NCBI GenBank assembly: GCA_964057225.1
Contig: CAXKVF010000091.1
Coordinates: forward strand, 62,001 to 126,000
Direction of reading: 5' to 3'
Source of the DNA: Auanema rhodensis
Lineage: Eukaryota > Animalia > Nematoda
Length of the DNA stretch: 64,000 nucleotides
Below are positions 43,101 to 58,400 of this stretch, piece after piece; position 1 is the stretch's first letter, and every line of letters starts with the position of its first letter. A program made the position numbers and the translations under genes. The notes below the pieces were generated by a model. The model did not search any database. It had not been told where the DNA came from and saw only the letters and a program-made list of their open reading frames with translations.

Positions 43101-46100
43101 TTTATTGATATTGCTTCATGGTAACCATGACTTTGAAATTTACGTGAACTTTAATTTATGCTAATTAAATGTACACGTGATGTGCACTTGGTATGTAACT
43201 CGCTTCACGTAAAAGATAAAGAGATGCGGTTTTCAAAATTAGATTCCCCATGTCCATATTAGTCTTAAAAACAAATTTTTATTGATATTGGTTCATGGTA
43301 ACCATGACTTTGAAATTTACGTGAACTTTAATTTATGCTAATTAAATGTACACGTGATGTGCACTCGGTATGTAACTCGCTTCACGTGAAAGATAAAGAG
43401 ATGCGGTTTTCAAAATTAGATTCCCCATGTCCATATTAGTCTAAAAACAAATTTTTATTGATATTGGTGCATGGTAATCATGACTTTGAAATTTACGTGA
43501 ACTTTAATTTATGCTAATTAAATGTACACGTGATGTGCACTTGGTATGTAACTCGCTTCACGTGAAAGATAAAGAGATGCGGTTTTCAAAATTAGATTCC
43601 CCATGTCCATATTAGTCTAAAAACAAATTTTTATTGATATTGGTGCATGGTAACCATGACTTTGAAATTTACGTGAACTTTAATTTATGCTAATTAAATG
43701 TACACGTGATGTGCACTTGGTATGTAACTCGCTTCACGTGAAAGATAAAGAGATGCGGTTTTCAAAATTAGATTCCCCATGTCCATATTAGTCTAAAAAC
43801 AAATTTTTATTGATATTGGTTCATGGTAACCATGACTTTGAAATTTACGTGAACTTTAATTTATGCTAATTAAATGTACACGTGATGTGCACTTGGTATG
43901 TAACTCGCTTCACGTGAAAGATAAAGAGATGCGGTTTTCAAAATTAGATTCCCCATGTCCATATTAGTCTAAAAACAAATTTTTATTGATATTGGTTCAT
44001 GGTAACCATGACTTTGAAATTTACGTGAACTTTAATTTATGCTAATTAAATGTACACGTGCTGTGCACTTGGTATGTAACTCGCTTCACGTGAAAGATAA
44101 AGAGATGCGGTTTTCAAAATTAGATTCCCCATGTCCATATTAGTCTAAAAACAAATTTTTATTGATATTGGTTCATGGTAACCATGACTTTGAAATTTAC
44201 GTGAACTTTAATTTATGCTAATTAAATGTACACGTGATGTGCACTTGGTATGTAACTCGCTTCACGTGAAAGATAAAGAGATGCGGTTTTCAAAATTAGA
44301 TTCCCCATGTCCATATTAGTCTAAAAACAAATTTTTATTGATATTGGTGCATGGTAACCATGACTTTGAAATTTACGTGAACTTTAATTTATGCTAATTA
44401 AATGTACACGTGATGTGCACTTGGTATGTAACTCGCTTCACGTGAAAGATAAAGAGATGCGGTTTTCAAAATTAGATTCCCCATGTCCATATTAGTCTAA
44501 AAACAAATTTTTATTGATATTGGTGCATGGTAATCATGACTTTGAAATTTACGTGAACTTTAATTTATGCTAATTAAATGTACACGTGATGTGCACTTGG
44601 TATGTAACTCGCTTCACGTGAAAGATAAAGAGATGCGGTTTTCAAAATTAGATTCCCCATGTCCATATTAGTCTAAAAACAAATTTTTATTGATATTGGT
44701 GCATGGTAATCATGACTTTGAAATTTACGTGAACTTTAATTTATGCTAATTAAATGTACACGTGATGTGCACTTGGTATGTAACTCGCTTCACGTGAAAG
44801 ATAAAGAGATGCGGTTTTCAAAATTAGATTCCCCATGTCCATATTAGTCTAAAAACAAATTTTTATTGATATTGGTGCATGGTAGCCATGACTTTGAAAT
44901 TTACGTGAACTTTAATTTATGCTAATTAAATGTACACGTGATGTGCACTTGGTATGTAACTCGCTTCACGTGAAAGATAAAAAGATGCGGTTTCCAAAAT
45001 TAGATTCCCCATGTCCATATTAGTCTAAAAACAAATTTTTATTGATATTGGTGCATGGTAACCATGACTTTGAAATTTACGTGAACTTTAATTTATGCTA
45101 ATTAAATGTACACGTGATGTGCACTTGGTATGTAACTCGCTTCACGTGAAAGATAAAGAGATGCGGTTTTCAAAATTAGATTCCCCATGTCCATATTAGT
45201 CTAAAAACAAATTTTTATTGATATTGGTGCATGGTAACCATGACTTTGAATTTTACGTGAACTTTAATTTATGCTAATTAAATGTACACGTGATGTGCAC
45301 TTGGTATGTAACTCGCTTCACGTGAAAGATAAAGAGATGCGGTTTTCAAAATTAGATTCCCCATGTCCATATTAGTCTAAAAACAAATTTTTATTGATAT
45401 TGGTGCATGGTAACCATGACTTTGAAATTTACGTGAACTTTAATTTATGCTAATTAAATGTACACGTGATGTGCACTTGGTATGTAACTCGCTTCACGTG
45501 AAAGATAAAGAGATGCGGTTTTCAAAATTAGATTCCCCATGTCCATATTAGTCTAAAAACAAATTTTTAATGATATTGGTTCATGGTAACCATGACTTTG
45601 AAATTTACGTGAACTTTAATTTATGCTAATTAAATGTACACGTGATGTGCACTTGGTATGTAACTCGCTTCACGTGAAAGATAAAGAGAAGCGGTTTTCA
45701 AAATTAGATTCCCCATGTCCATATTAGTCTAAAAACAAATTTTTATTGATATTGCTTCATGGTAACCATGACTTTGAAATTTACGTGAACTTTAATTTAT
45801 GCTAATTAAATGTACACGTGATGTGCACTTGGTATGTAACTCGCTTCACGTAAAAGATAAAGAGATGCGGTTTTCAAAATTAGATTCCCCATGTCCATAT
45901 TAGTCTAAAAACAAATTTTTATTGATATTGCTTCATGGTAACCATGACTTTGAAATTTACGTGAACTTTAATTTATGCTAATTAAATGTACACGTGATGT
46001 GCACTTGGTATGTAACTCGCTTCACGTAAAAGATAAAGAGATGCGGTTTTCAAAATTAGATTCCCCATGTCCATATTAGTCTTAAAAACAAATTTTTATT

Positions 46101-46461
46101 GATATTGGTTCATGGTAACCATGACTTTGAAATTTACGTGAACTTTAATTTATGCTAATTAAATGTACACGTGATGTGCACTCGGTATGTAACTCGCTTC
46201 ACGTGAAAGATAAAGAGATGCGGTTTTCAAAATTAGATTCTTCATGTCCATATTAGTCTAAAAACAAATTTTTATTGATATTGGTTCATGGTAACCATGA
46301 CTTTGAAATTTACGTGAACTTTAATTTATGCTAATTAAATGTACACGTGATGTGCACTTGGTATGTAACTCGCTTCACGTGAAAGATAAAAAGATGCGGT
46401 TTTCAAAATTAGATTCCCCATGTCCATATTAGTCTAAAAACAAATTTTTATTGATATTGCT

Positions 46462-49400
46462 TCATGGTAACCATGACTTTGAAATTTACGTGAACTTTAA
46501 TTTATGCTAATTAAATGTACACGTGATGTGCACTTGGTATGTAACTCGCTTCACGTGAAAGATAAAGAGAAGCGGTTTTCAAAATTAGATTCCCCATGTC
46601 CATATTAGTCTAAAAACAAATTTTTATTGATATTGCTTCATGGTAACCATGACTTTGAAATTTACGTGAACTTTAATTTATGCTAATTAAATGTACACGT
46701 GATGTGCACTTGGTATGTAACTCGCTTCACGTGAAAGATAAAGAGATGCGGTTTTCAAAATTAGATTCCCCATGTCCATATTAGTCTAAAAACAAATTTT
46801 TATTGATATTGGTTCATGGTAACCATGACTTTGAAATTTACGTGAACTTTAATTTATGCTAATTAAATGTACACGTGATGTGCACTTGGTATGTAACTCG
46901 CTTCACGTGAGAGATAAAGAGATGCGGTTTTCAAAATTAGATTCCCCATGTCCATATTAGTCTAAAAACAAATTTTTATTGATATTGGTTCATGGTAACC
47001 ATGACTTTGAAATTTACGTGAACTTTAATTTATGCTAATTAAATGTACACGTGATGTGCACTTGGTATGTAACTCGCTTCACGTGAAAGATAAAGAGATG
47101 CGGTTTTCAAAATTAGATTCCCCATGTCCATATTAGTCTAAAAACAAATTTTTATTGATATTGGTTCATGGTAACCATGACTTTGAAATTTACGTGAACT
47201 TTAATTTATGCTAATTAAATGTACACGTGATGTGCACTTGGTATGTAACTCGCTTCACGTGAAAGATAAAGAGATGCGGTTTTCAAAATTAGATTCCCCA
47301 TGTCCATATTAGTCTAAAAACAAATTTTTATTGATATTGGTTCATGGTAACCATGACTTTGAAATTTACGTGAACTTTAATTTATGCTAATTAAATGTAC
47401 ACGTGCTGTGCACTTGGTATGTAACTCGCTTCACGTGAAAGATAAAGAGATGCGGTTTTCAAAATTAGATTCCCCATGTCCATATTAGTCTAAAAACAAA
47501 TTTTTATTGATATTGGTTCATGGTAACCATGACTTTGAAATTTACGTGAACTTTAATTCATGCTAATTAAATGTACACGTGATGTGCACTTGGTATGTAA
47601 CTCGCTTCACGTGAAAGATAAAGAGATGCGGTTTTCAAAATTAGATTCCCCATGTCCATATTAGTCTAAAAACAAATTTTTATTGATATTGGTGCATGGT
47701 AACCATGACTTTGAAATTTACGTGAACTTTAATTTATGCTAATTAAATGTACACGTGATGTGCACTTGGTATGTAACTCGCTTCACGTGAAAGATAAAGA
47801 GATGCGGTTTTCAAAATTAGATTCCCCATGTCCATATTAGTCTAAAAACAAATTTTTATTGATATTGGTTCATGGTAACCATGACTTTGAAATTTACGTG
47901 AACTTTAATTTATGCTAATTAAATGTACACGTGATGTGCACTTGGTATGTAACTCGCTTCACGTGAAAGATAAAGAGATGCGGTTTTCAAAATTAGATTC
48001 TTCACGTCCATATTAGTCTGAAAACAAATTTTTATTGATATTGCTTCATGGTAACCATGACTTTGAAATTTACGTGAACTTTAATTTATGCTAATTAAAT
48101 GTACACGTGATGTGCACTTGGTATGTAACTCGCTTCACGTGAAAGATAAAGAGAAGCGGTTTTCAAAATTAGATTCCCCATGTCCATATTAGTCTAAAAA
48201 CAAATTTTTATTGATATTGCTTCATGGTAACCATGACTTTGAAATTTACGTGAACTTTAATTTATGCTAATTAAATGTACACGTGATGTGCACTTGGTAT
48301 GTAACTCGCTTCACGTGAAAGATAAAGAGAAGCGGTTTTCAAAATTAGATTCCCCATGTCCATATTAGTCTAAAAACAAATTTTTATTGATATTGGTTCA
48401 TGGTAACCATGACTTTGAAATTTACGTGAACTTTAATTTATGCTAATTAAATGTACACGTGATGTGCACTTGGTATGTAACTCGCTTCACGTGAAAGATA
48501 AAGAGATGCGGTTTTCAAAATTAGATTCCCCATGTCCATATTAGTCTAAAAACAAATTTTTATTGATATTGGTTCATGGTAACCATGACTTTGAAATTTA
48601 CGTGAACTTTAATTTATGCTAATTAAATGTACACGTGATGTGCACTTGGTATGTAACTCGCTTCACGTGAAAGATAAAGAGATGCGGTTTTCAAAATTAG
48701 ATTCTCCATGTCCATATTAGTCTAAAAACAAATTTTTATTGATATTGGTTCATGGTAACCATGACTTTGAAATTTACGTGAACTTTAATTTATGCTAATT
48801 AAATGTACACGTGATGTGCACTTGGTATGTAACTCGCTTCACGTGAAAGATAAAGAGATGCGGTTTTCAAAATTAGATTCCCCATGTCCATATTAGTCTA
48901 AAAACAAATTTTTATTGATATTGGTGCATGGTAACCATGACTTTGAAATTTACGTGAACTTTAATTTATGCTAATTAAATGTACACGTGATGTGCACTTG
49001 GTATGTAACTCGCTTCACGTGAAAGATAAAGAGATGCGGTTTTCAAAATTAGATTACCCATGTCCATATTAGTCTAAAAACAAATTTTTATTGATATTGG
49101 TTCATGGTAACCATGACTTTGAAATTTACGTGAACTTTAATTTATGCTAATTAAATGTACACGTGATGTGCACTTGGTATGTAACTCGCTTCACGTGAAA
49201 GATAAAGAGATGCGGTTTTCAAAATTAGATTCCCCATGTCCATATTAGTCTAAAAACAAATTTTTATTGATATTGCTTCATGGTAACCATGACTTTGAAA
49301 TTTACGTGAACTTTAATTTATGCTAATTAAATGTACACGTGATGTGCACTTGGTATGTAACTCGCTTCACGTGAAAGATAAAGAGAAGCGGTTTTCAAAA

Positions 49401-52400
49401 TTAGATTCCCCATGTCCATATTAGTCTAAAAACAAATTTTTATTGATATTGCTTCATGGTAACCATGACTTTGAAATTTACGTGAACTTTAATTTATGCT
49501 AATTAAATGTACACGTGATGTGCACTTGGTATGTAACTCGCTTCACGTGAAAGATAAAGAGATGCGGTTTTCAAAATTAGATTCCCCATGTCCATATTAG
49601 TCTAAAAACAAATTTTTATTGATATTGGTTCATGGTAACCATGACTTTGAAATTTACGTGAACTTTAATTTATGCTAATTAAATGTACACGTGATGTGCA
49701 CTTGGTATGTAACTCGCTTCACGTGAGAGATAAAGAGATGCGGTTTTCAAAATTAGATTCCCCATGTCCATATTAGTCTAAAAACAAATTTTTATTGATA
49801 TTGGTTCATGGTAACCATGACTTTGAAATTTACGTGAACTTTAATTTATGCTAATTAAATGTACACGTGATGTGCACTTGGTATGTAACTCGCTTCACGT
49901 GAAAGATAAAGAGATGCGGTTTTCAAAATTAGATTCCCCATGTCCATATTAGTCTAAAAACAAATTTTTATTGATATTGGTTCATGGTAACCATGACTTT
50001 GAAATTTACGTGAACTTTAATTTATGCTAATTAAATGTACACGTGATGTGCACTTGGTATGTAACTCGCTTCACGTAAAAGATAAAGAGATGCGGTTTTC
50101 AAAATTAGATTCTCCATGTCCATATTAGTCTAAAAACAAATTTTTATTGATATTGGTTCATGGTAACCATGACTTTGAAATTTACGTGAACTTTAATTTA
50201 TGCTAATTAAATGTACACGTGATGTGCACTTGGTATGTAACTCGCTTCACGTGAAAGATAAAGAGATGCGGTTTTCAAAATTAGATTCCCCATGTCCATA
50301 TTAGTCTAAAAACAAATTTTTATTGATATTGGTGCATGGTAACCATGACTTTGAAATTTACGTGAACTTTAATTTATGCTAATTAAATGTACACGTGATG
50401 TGCACTTGGTATGTAACTCGCTTCACGTGAAAGATAAAGAGATGCGGTTTTCAAAATTAGATTACCCATGTCCATATTAGTCTAAAAACAAATTTTTATT
50501 GATATTGGTTCATGGTAACCATGACTTTGAAATTTACGTGAACTTTAATTTATGCTAATTAAATGTACACGTGATGTGCACTTGGTATGTAACTCGCTTC
50601 ACGTGAAAGATAAAGAGATGCGGTTTTCAAAATTAGATTCCCCATGTCCATATTAGTCTAAAAACAAATTTTTATTGATATTGCTTCATGGTAACCATGA
50701 CTTTGAAATTTACGTGAACTTTAATTTATGCTAATTAAATGTACACGTGATGTGCACTTGGTATGTAACTCGCTTCACGTGAAAGATAAAGAGAAGCGGT
50801 TTTCAAAATTAGATTCCCCATGTCCATATTAGTCTAAAAACAAATTTTTATTGATATTGCTTCATGGTAACCATGACTTTGAAATTTACGTGAACTTTAA
50901 TTTATGCTAATTAAATGTACACGTGATGTGCACTTGGTATGTAACTCGCTTCACGTGAAAGATAAAGAGATGCGGTTTTCAAAATTAGATTCCCCATGTC
51001 CATATTAGTCTAAAAACAAATTTTTATTGATATTGGTTCATGGTAACCATGACTTTGAAATTTACGTGAACTTTAATTTATGCTAATTAAATGTACACGT
51101 GATGTGCACTTGGTATGTAACTCGCTTCACGTGAGAGATAAAGAGATGCGGTTTTCAAAATTAGATTCCCCATGTCCATATTAGTCTAAAAACAAATTTT
51201 TATTGATATTGGTTCATGGTAACCATGACTTTGAAATTTACGTGAACTTTAATTTATGCTAATTAAATGTACACGTGATGTGCACTTGGTATGTAACTCG
51301 CTTCACGTGAAAGATAAAGAGATGCGGTTTTCAAAATTAGATTCCCCATGTCCATATTAGTCTAAAAACAAATTTTTATTGATATTGGTTCATGGTAACC
51401 ATGACTTTGAAATTTACGTGAACTTTAATTTATGCTAATTAAATGTACACGTGATGTGCACTTGGTATGTAACTCGCTTCACGTGAAAGATAAAGAGATG
51501 CGGTTTTCAAAATTAGATTCCCCATGTCCATATTAGTCTAAAAACAAATTTTTATTGATATTGGTTCATGGTAACCATGACTTTGAAATTTACGTGAACT
51601 TTAATTTATGCTAATTAAATGTACACGTGATGTGCACTTGGTATGTAACTCGCTTCACGTGAAAGATAAAGAGATGCGGTTTTCAAAATTAGATTCTCCA
51701 TGTCCATATTAGTCTAAAAACAAATTTTTATTGATATTGGTTCATGGTAACCATGACTTTGAAATTTACGTGAACTTTAATTTATGCTAATTAAATGTAC
51801 ACGTGATGTGCACTTGGTATGTAACTCGCTTCACGTGAAAGATAAAGAGATGCGGTTTTCAAAATTAGATTCCCCATGTCCATATTAGTCTAAAAACAAA
51901 TTTTTATTGATATTGGTGCATGGTAACCATGACTTTGAAATTTACGTGAACTTTAATTTATGCTAATTAAATGTACACGTGATGTGCACTTGGTATGTAA
52001 CTCGCTTCACGTGAAAGATAAAGAGATGCGGTTTTCAAAATTAGATTACCCATGTCCATATTAGTCTAAAAACAAATTTTTATTGATATTGGTTCATGGT
52101 AACCATGACTTTGAAATTTACGTGAACTTTAATTTATGCTAATTAAATGTACACGTGATGTGCACTTGGTATGTAACTCGCTTCACGTGAAAGATAAAGA
52201 GATGCGGTTTTCAAAATTAGATTCCCCATGTCCATATTAGTCTAAAAACAAATTTTTATTGATATTGGTTCATGGTAACCATGACTTTGAAATTTACGTG
52301 AACTTTAATTTATGCTAATTAAATGTACACGTGATGTGCACTTGGTATGTAACTCGCTTCACGTGAAAGATAAAGAGATGCGGTTTTCAAAATTAGATTC

Positions 52401-55400
52401 TTCACGTCCATATTAGTCTAAAAACAAATTTTTATTGATATTGCTTCATGGTAACCATGACTTTGAAATTTACGTGAACTTTAATTTATGCTAATTAAAT
52501 GTACACGTGATGTGCACTTGGTATGTAACTCGCTTCACGTGAAAGATAAAGAGAAGCGGTTTTCAAAATTAGATTCCCCATGTCCATATTAGTCTAAAAA
52601 CAAATTTTTATTGATATTGCTTCATGGTAACCATGACTTTGAAATTTACGTGAACTTTAATTTATGCTAATTAAATGTACACGTGATGTGCACTTGGTAT
52701 GTAACTCGCTTCACGTGAAAGATAAAGAGAAGCGGTTTTCAAAATTAGATTCCCCATGTCCATATTAGTCTAAAAACAAATTTTTATTGATATTGGTTCA
52801 TGGTAACCATGACTTTGAAATTTACGTGAACTTTAATTTATGCTAATTAAATGTACACGTGATGTGCACTTGGTATGTAACTCGCTTCACGTGAAAGATA
52901 AAGAGATGCGGTTTTCAAAATTAGATTCCCCATGTCCATATTAGTCTAAAAACAAATTTTTATTGATATTGGTTCATGGTAACCATGACTTTGAAATTTA
53001 CGTGAACTTTAATTTATGCTAATTAAATGTACACGTGATGTGCACTTGGTATGTAACTCGCTTCACGTGAAAGATAAAGAGATGCGGTTTTCAAAATTAG
53101 ATTCTCCATGTCCATATTAGTCTAAAAACAAATTTTTATTGATATTGGTTCATGGTAACCATGACTTTGAAATTTACGTGAACTTTAATTTATGCTAATT
53201 AAATGTACACGTGATGTGCACTTGGTATGTAACTCGCTTCACGTGAAAGATAAAGAGATGCGGTTTTCAAAATTAGATTCCCCATGTCCATATTAGTCTA
53301 AAAACAAATTTTTATTGATATTGGTGCATGGTAACCATGACTATGAAATTTACGTGAACTTTAATTTATGCTAATTAAATGTACACGTGATGTGCACTTG
53401 GTATGTAACTCGCTTCACGTGAAAGATAAAGAGATGCGGTTTTCAAAATTAGATTACCCATGTCCATATTAGTCTAAAAACAAATTTTTATTGATATTGG
53501 TTCATGGTAACCATGACTTTGAAATTTACGTGAACTTTAATTTATGCTAATTAAATGTACACGTGATGTGCACTTGGTATGTAACTCGCTTCACGTGAAA
53601 GATAAAGAGATGCGGTTTTCAAAATTAGATTCCCCATGTCCATATTAGTCTAAAAACAAATTTTTATTGATATTGCTTCATGGTAACCATGACTTTGAAA
53701 TTTACGTGAACTTTAATTTATGCTAATTAAATGTACACGTGATGTGCACTTGGTATGTAACTCGCTTCACGTGAAAGATAAAGAGAAGCGGTTTTCAAAA
53801 TTAGATTCCCCATGTCCATATTAGTCTAAAAACAAATTTTTATTGATATTGCTTCATGGTAACCATGACTTTGAAATTTACGTGAACTTTAATTTATGCT
53901 AATTAAATGTACACGTGATGTGCACTTGGTATGTAACTCGCTTCACGTGAAAGATAAAGAGATGCGGTTTTCAAAATTAGATTCCCCATGTCCATATTAG
54001 TCTAAAAACAAATTTTTATTGATATTGGTTCATGGTAACCATGACTTTGAAATTTACGTGAACTTTAATTTATGCTAATTAAATGTACACGTGATGTGCA
54101 CTTGGTATGTAACTCGCTTCACGTGAGAGATAAAGAGATGCGGTTTTCAAAATTAGATTCCCCATGTCCATATTAGTCTAAAAACAAATTTTTATTGATA
54201 TTGGTTCATGGTAACCATGACTTTGAAATTTACGTGAACTTTAATTTATGCTAATTAAATGTACACGTGATGTGCACTTGGTATGTAACTCGCTTCACGT
54301 GAAAGATAAAGAGATGCGGTTTTCAAAATTAGATTCCCCATGTCCATATTAGTCTAAAAACAAATTTTTATTGATATTGGTTCATGGTAACCATGACTTT
54401 GAAATTTACGTGAACTTTAATTTATGCTAATTAAATGTACACGTGATGTGCACTTGGTATGTAACTCGCTTCACGTGAAAGATAAAGAGATGCGGTTTTC
54501 AAAATTAGATTCCCCATGTCCATATTAGTCTAAAAACAAATTTTTATTGATATTGGTTCATGGTAACCATGACTTTGAAATTTACGTGAACTTTAATTTA
54601 TGCTAATTAAATGTACACGTGCTGTGCACTTGGTATGTAACTCGCTTCACGTGAAAGATAAAGAGATGCGGTTTTCAAAATTAGATTCCCCATGTCCATA
54701 TTAGTCTAAAAACAAATTTTTATTGATATTGGTTCATGGTAACCATGACTTTGAAATTTACGTGAACTTTAATTCATGCTAATTAAATGTACACGTGATG
54801 TGCACTTGGTATGTAACTCGCTTCACGTGAAAGATAAAGAGATGCGGTTTTCAAAATTAGATTCCCCATGTCCATATTAGTCTAAAAACAAATTTTTATT
54901 GATATTGGTGCATGGTAACCATGACTTTGAAATTTACGTGAACTTTAATTTATGCTAATTAAATGTACACGTGATGTGCACTTGGTATGTAACTCGCTTC
55001 ACGTGAAAGATAAAGAGATGCGGTTTTCAAAATTAGATTCCCCATGTCCATATTAGTCTAAAAACAAATTTTTATTGATATTGGTTCATGGTAACCATGA
55101 CTTTGAAATTTACGTGAACTTTAATTTATGCTAATTGAATGTACACGTGATGTGCACTTGGTATGTAACTCGCTTCACGTGAAAGATAAAGAGATGCGGT
55201 TTTCAAAATTAGATTCCCCATGTCCATATTAGTCTAAAAACAAATTTTTATTGATATTGGTTCATGGTAACCATGACTTTGAAATTTACGTGAACTTTAA
55301 TTTATGCTAATTAAATGTACACGTGATGTGCACTTGGTATGTAACTCGCTTCACGTGAAAGATAAAGAGATGCGGTTTTCAAAATTAGATTCCCCATGTC

Positions 55401-58400
55401 CATATTAGTCTAAAAACAAATTTTTATTGATATTGGTTCATGGTAACCATGACTTTGAAATTTACGTGAACTTTAATTTATGCTAATTAAATGTACACGT
55501 GCTGTGCACTTGGTATGTAACTCGCTTCACGTGAAAGATAAAGAGATGCGGTTTTCAAAATTAGATTCCCCATGTCCATATTAGTCTAAAAACAAATTTT
55601 TATTGATATTGGTTCATGGTAACCATGACTTTGAAATTTACGTGAACTTTAATTCATGCTAATTAAATGTACACGTGATGTGCACTTGGTATGTAACTCG
55701 CTTCACGTGAAAGATAAAGAGATGCGGTTTTCAAAATTAGATTCCCCATGTCCATATTAGTCTAAAAACAAATTTTTATTGATATTGGTGCATGGTAACC
55801 ATGACTTTGAAATTTACGTGAACTTTAATTTATGCTAATTAAATGTACACGTGATGTGCACTTGGTATGTAACTCGCTTCACGTGAAAGATAAAGAGATG
55901 CGGTTTTCAAAATTAGATTCCCCATGTCCATATTAGTCTAAAAACAAATTTTTATTGATATTGGTTCATGGTAACCATGACTTTGAAATTTACGTGAACT
56001 TTAATTTATGCTAATTAAATGTACACGTGATGTGCACTTGGTATGTAACTCGCTTCACGTGAAAGATAAAGAGATGCGGTTTTCAAAATTAGATTCTTCA
56101 CGTCCATATTAGTCTAAAAACAAATTTTTATTGATATTGCTTCATGGTAACCATGACTTTGAAATTTACGTGAACTTTAATTTATGCTAATTAAATGTAC
56201 ACGTGATGTGCACTTGGTATGTAACTCGCTTCACGTGAAAGATAAAGAGAAGCGGTTTTCAAAATTAGATTCCCCATGTCCATATTAGTCTAAAAACAAA
56301 TTTTTATTGATATTGCTTCATGGTAACCATGACTTTGAAATTTACGTGAACTTTAATTTATGCTAATTAAATGTACACGTGATGTGCACTTGGTATGTAA
56401 CTCGCTTCACGTGAAAGATAAAGAGAAGAGGTTTTCAAAATTAGATTCCCCATGTCCATATTAGTCTAAAAACAAATTTTTATTGATATTGGTTCATGGT
56501 AACCATGACTTTGAAATTTACGTGAACTTTAATTTATGCTAATTAAATGTACACGTGATGTGCACTTGGTATGTAACTCGCTTCACGTGAAAGATAAAGA
56601 GATGCGGTTTTCAAAATTAGATTCCCCATGTCCATATTAGTCTAAAAACAAATTTTTATTGATATTGGTTCATGGTAACCATGACTTTGAAATTTACGTG
56701 AACTTTAATTTATGCTAATTAAATGTACACGTGATGTGCACTTGGTATGTAACTCGCTTCACGTGAAAGATAAAGAGATGCGGTTTTCAAAATTAGATTC
56801 TCCATGTCCATATTAGTCTAAAAACAAATTTTTATTGATATTGGTTCATGGTAACCATGACTTTGAAATTTACGTGAACTTTAATTTATGCTAATTAAAT
56901 GTACACGTGATGTGCACTTGGTATGTAACTCGCTTCACGTGAAAGATAAAGAGATGCGGTTTTCAAAATTAGATTCCCCATGTCCATATTAGTCTAAAAA
57001 CAAATTTTTATTGATATTGGTGCATGGTAACCATGACTTTGAAATTTACGTGAACTTTAATTTATGCTAATTAAATGTACACGTGATGTGCACTTGGTAT
57101 GTAACTCGCTTCACGTGAAAGATAAAGAGATGCGGTTTTCAAAATTAGATTACCCATGTCCATATTAGTCTAAAAACAAATTTTTATTGATATTGGTTCA
57201 TGGTAACCATGACTTTGAAATTTACGTGAACTTTAATTTATGCTAATTAAATGTACACGTGATGTGCACTTGGTATGTAACTCGCTTCACGTGAAAGATA
57301 AAGAGATGCGGTTTTCAAAATTAGATTCCCCATGTCCATATTAGTCTAAAAACAAATTTTTATTGATATTGCTTCATGGTAACCATGACTTTGAAATTTA
57401 CGTGAACTTTAATTTATGCTAATTAAATGTACACGTGATGTGCACTTGGTATGTAACTCGCTTCACGTGAAAGATAAAGAGAAGCGGTTTTCAAAATTAG
57501 ATTCCCCATGTCCATATTAGTCTAAAAACAAATTTTTATTGATATTGCTTCATGGTAACCATGACTTTGAAATTTACGTGAACTTTAATTTATGCTAATT
57601 AAATGTACACGTGATGTGCACTTGGTATGTAACTCGCTTCACGTGAAAGATAAAGAGATGCGGTTTTCAAAATTAGATTCCCCATGTCCATATTAGTCTA
57701 AAAACAAATTTTTATTGATATTGGTTCATGGTAACCATGACTTTGAAATTTACGTGAACTTTAATTTATGCTAATTAAATGTACACGTGATGTGCACTTG
57801 GTATGTAACTCGCTTCACGTGAGAGATAAAGAGATGCGGTTTTCAAAATTAGATTTCCCATGTCCATATTAGTCTAAAAACAAATTTTTATTGATATTGG
57901 TTCATGGTAACCATGACTTTGAAATTTACGTGAACTTTAATTTATGCTAATTAAATGTACACGTGATGTGCACTTGGTATGTAACTCGCTTCACGTGAAA
58001 GATAAAGAGATGCGGTTTTCAAAATTAGATTCCCCATGTCCATATTAGTCTAAAAACAAATTTTTATTGATATTGGTTCATGGTAACCATGACTTTGAAA
58101 TTTACGTGAACTTTAATTTATGCTAATTAAATGTACACGTGATGTGCACTTGGTATGTAACTCGCTTCACGTGAAAGATAAAGAGATGCGGTTTTCAAAA
58201 TTAGATTCCCCATGTCCATATTAGTCTAAAAACAAATTTTTATTGATATTGCTTCATGGTAACCATGACTTTGAAATTTACGTGAACTTTAATTTATGCT
58301 AATTAAATGTACACGTGATGTGCACTTGGTATGTAACTCGCTTCACGTGAAAGATAAAGAGAAGCGGTTTTCAAAATTAGATTCCCCATGTCCATATTAG

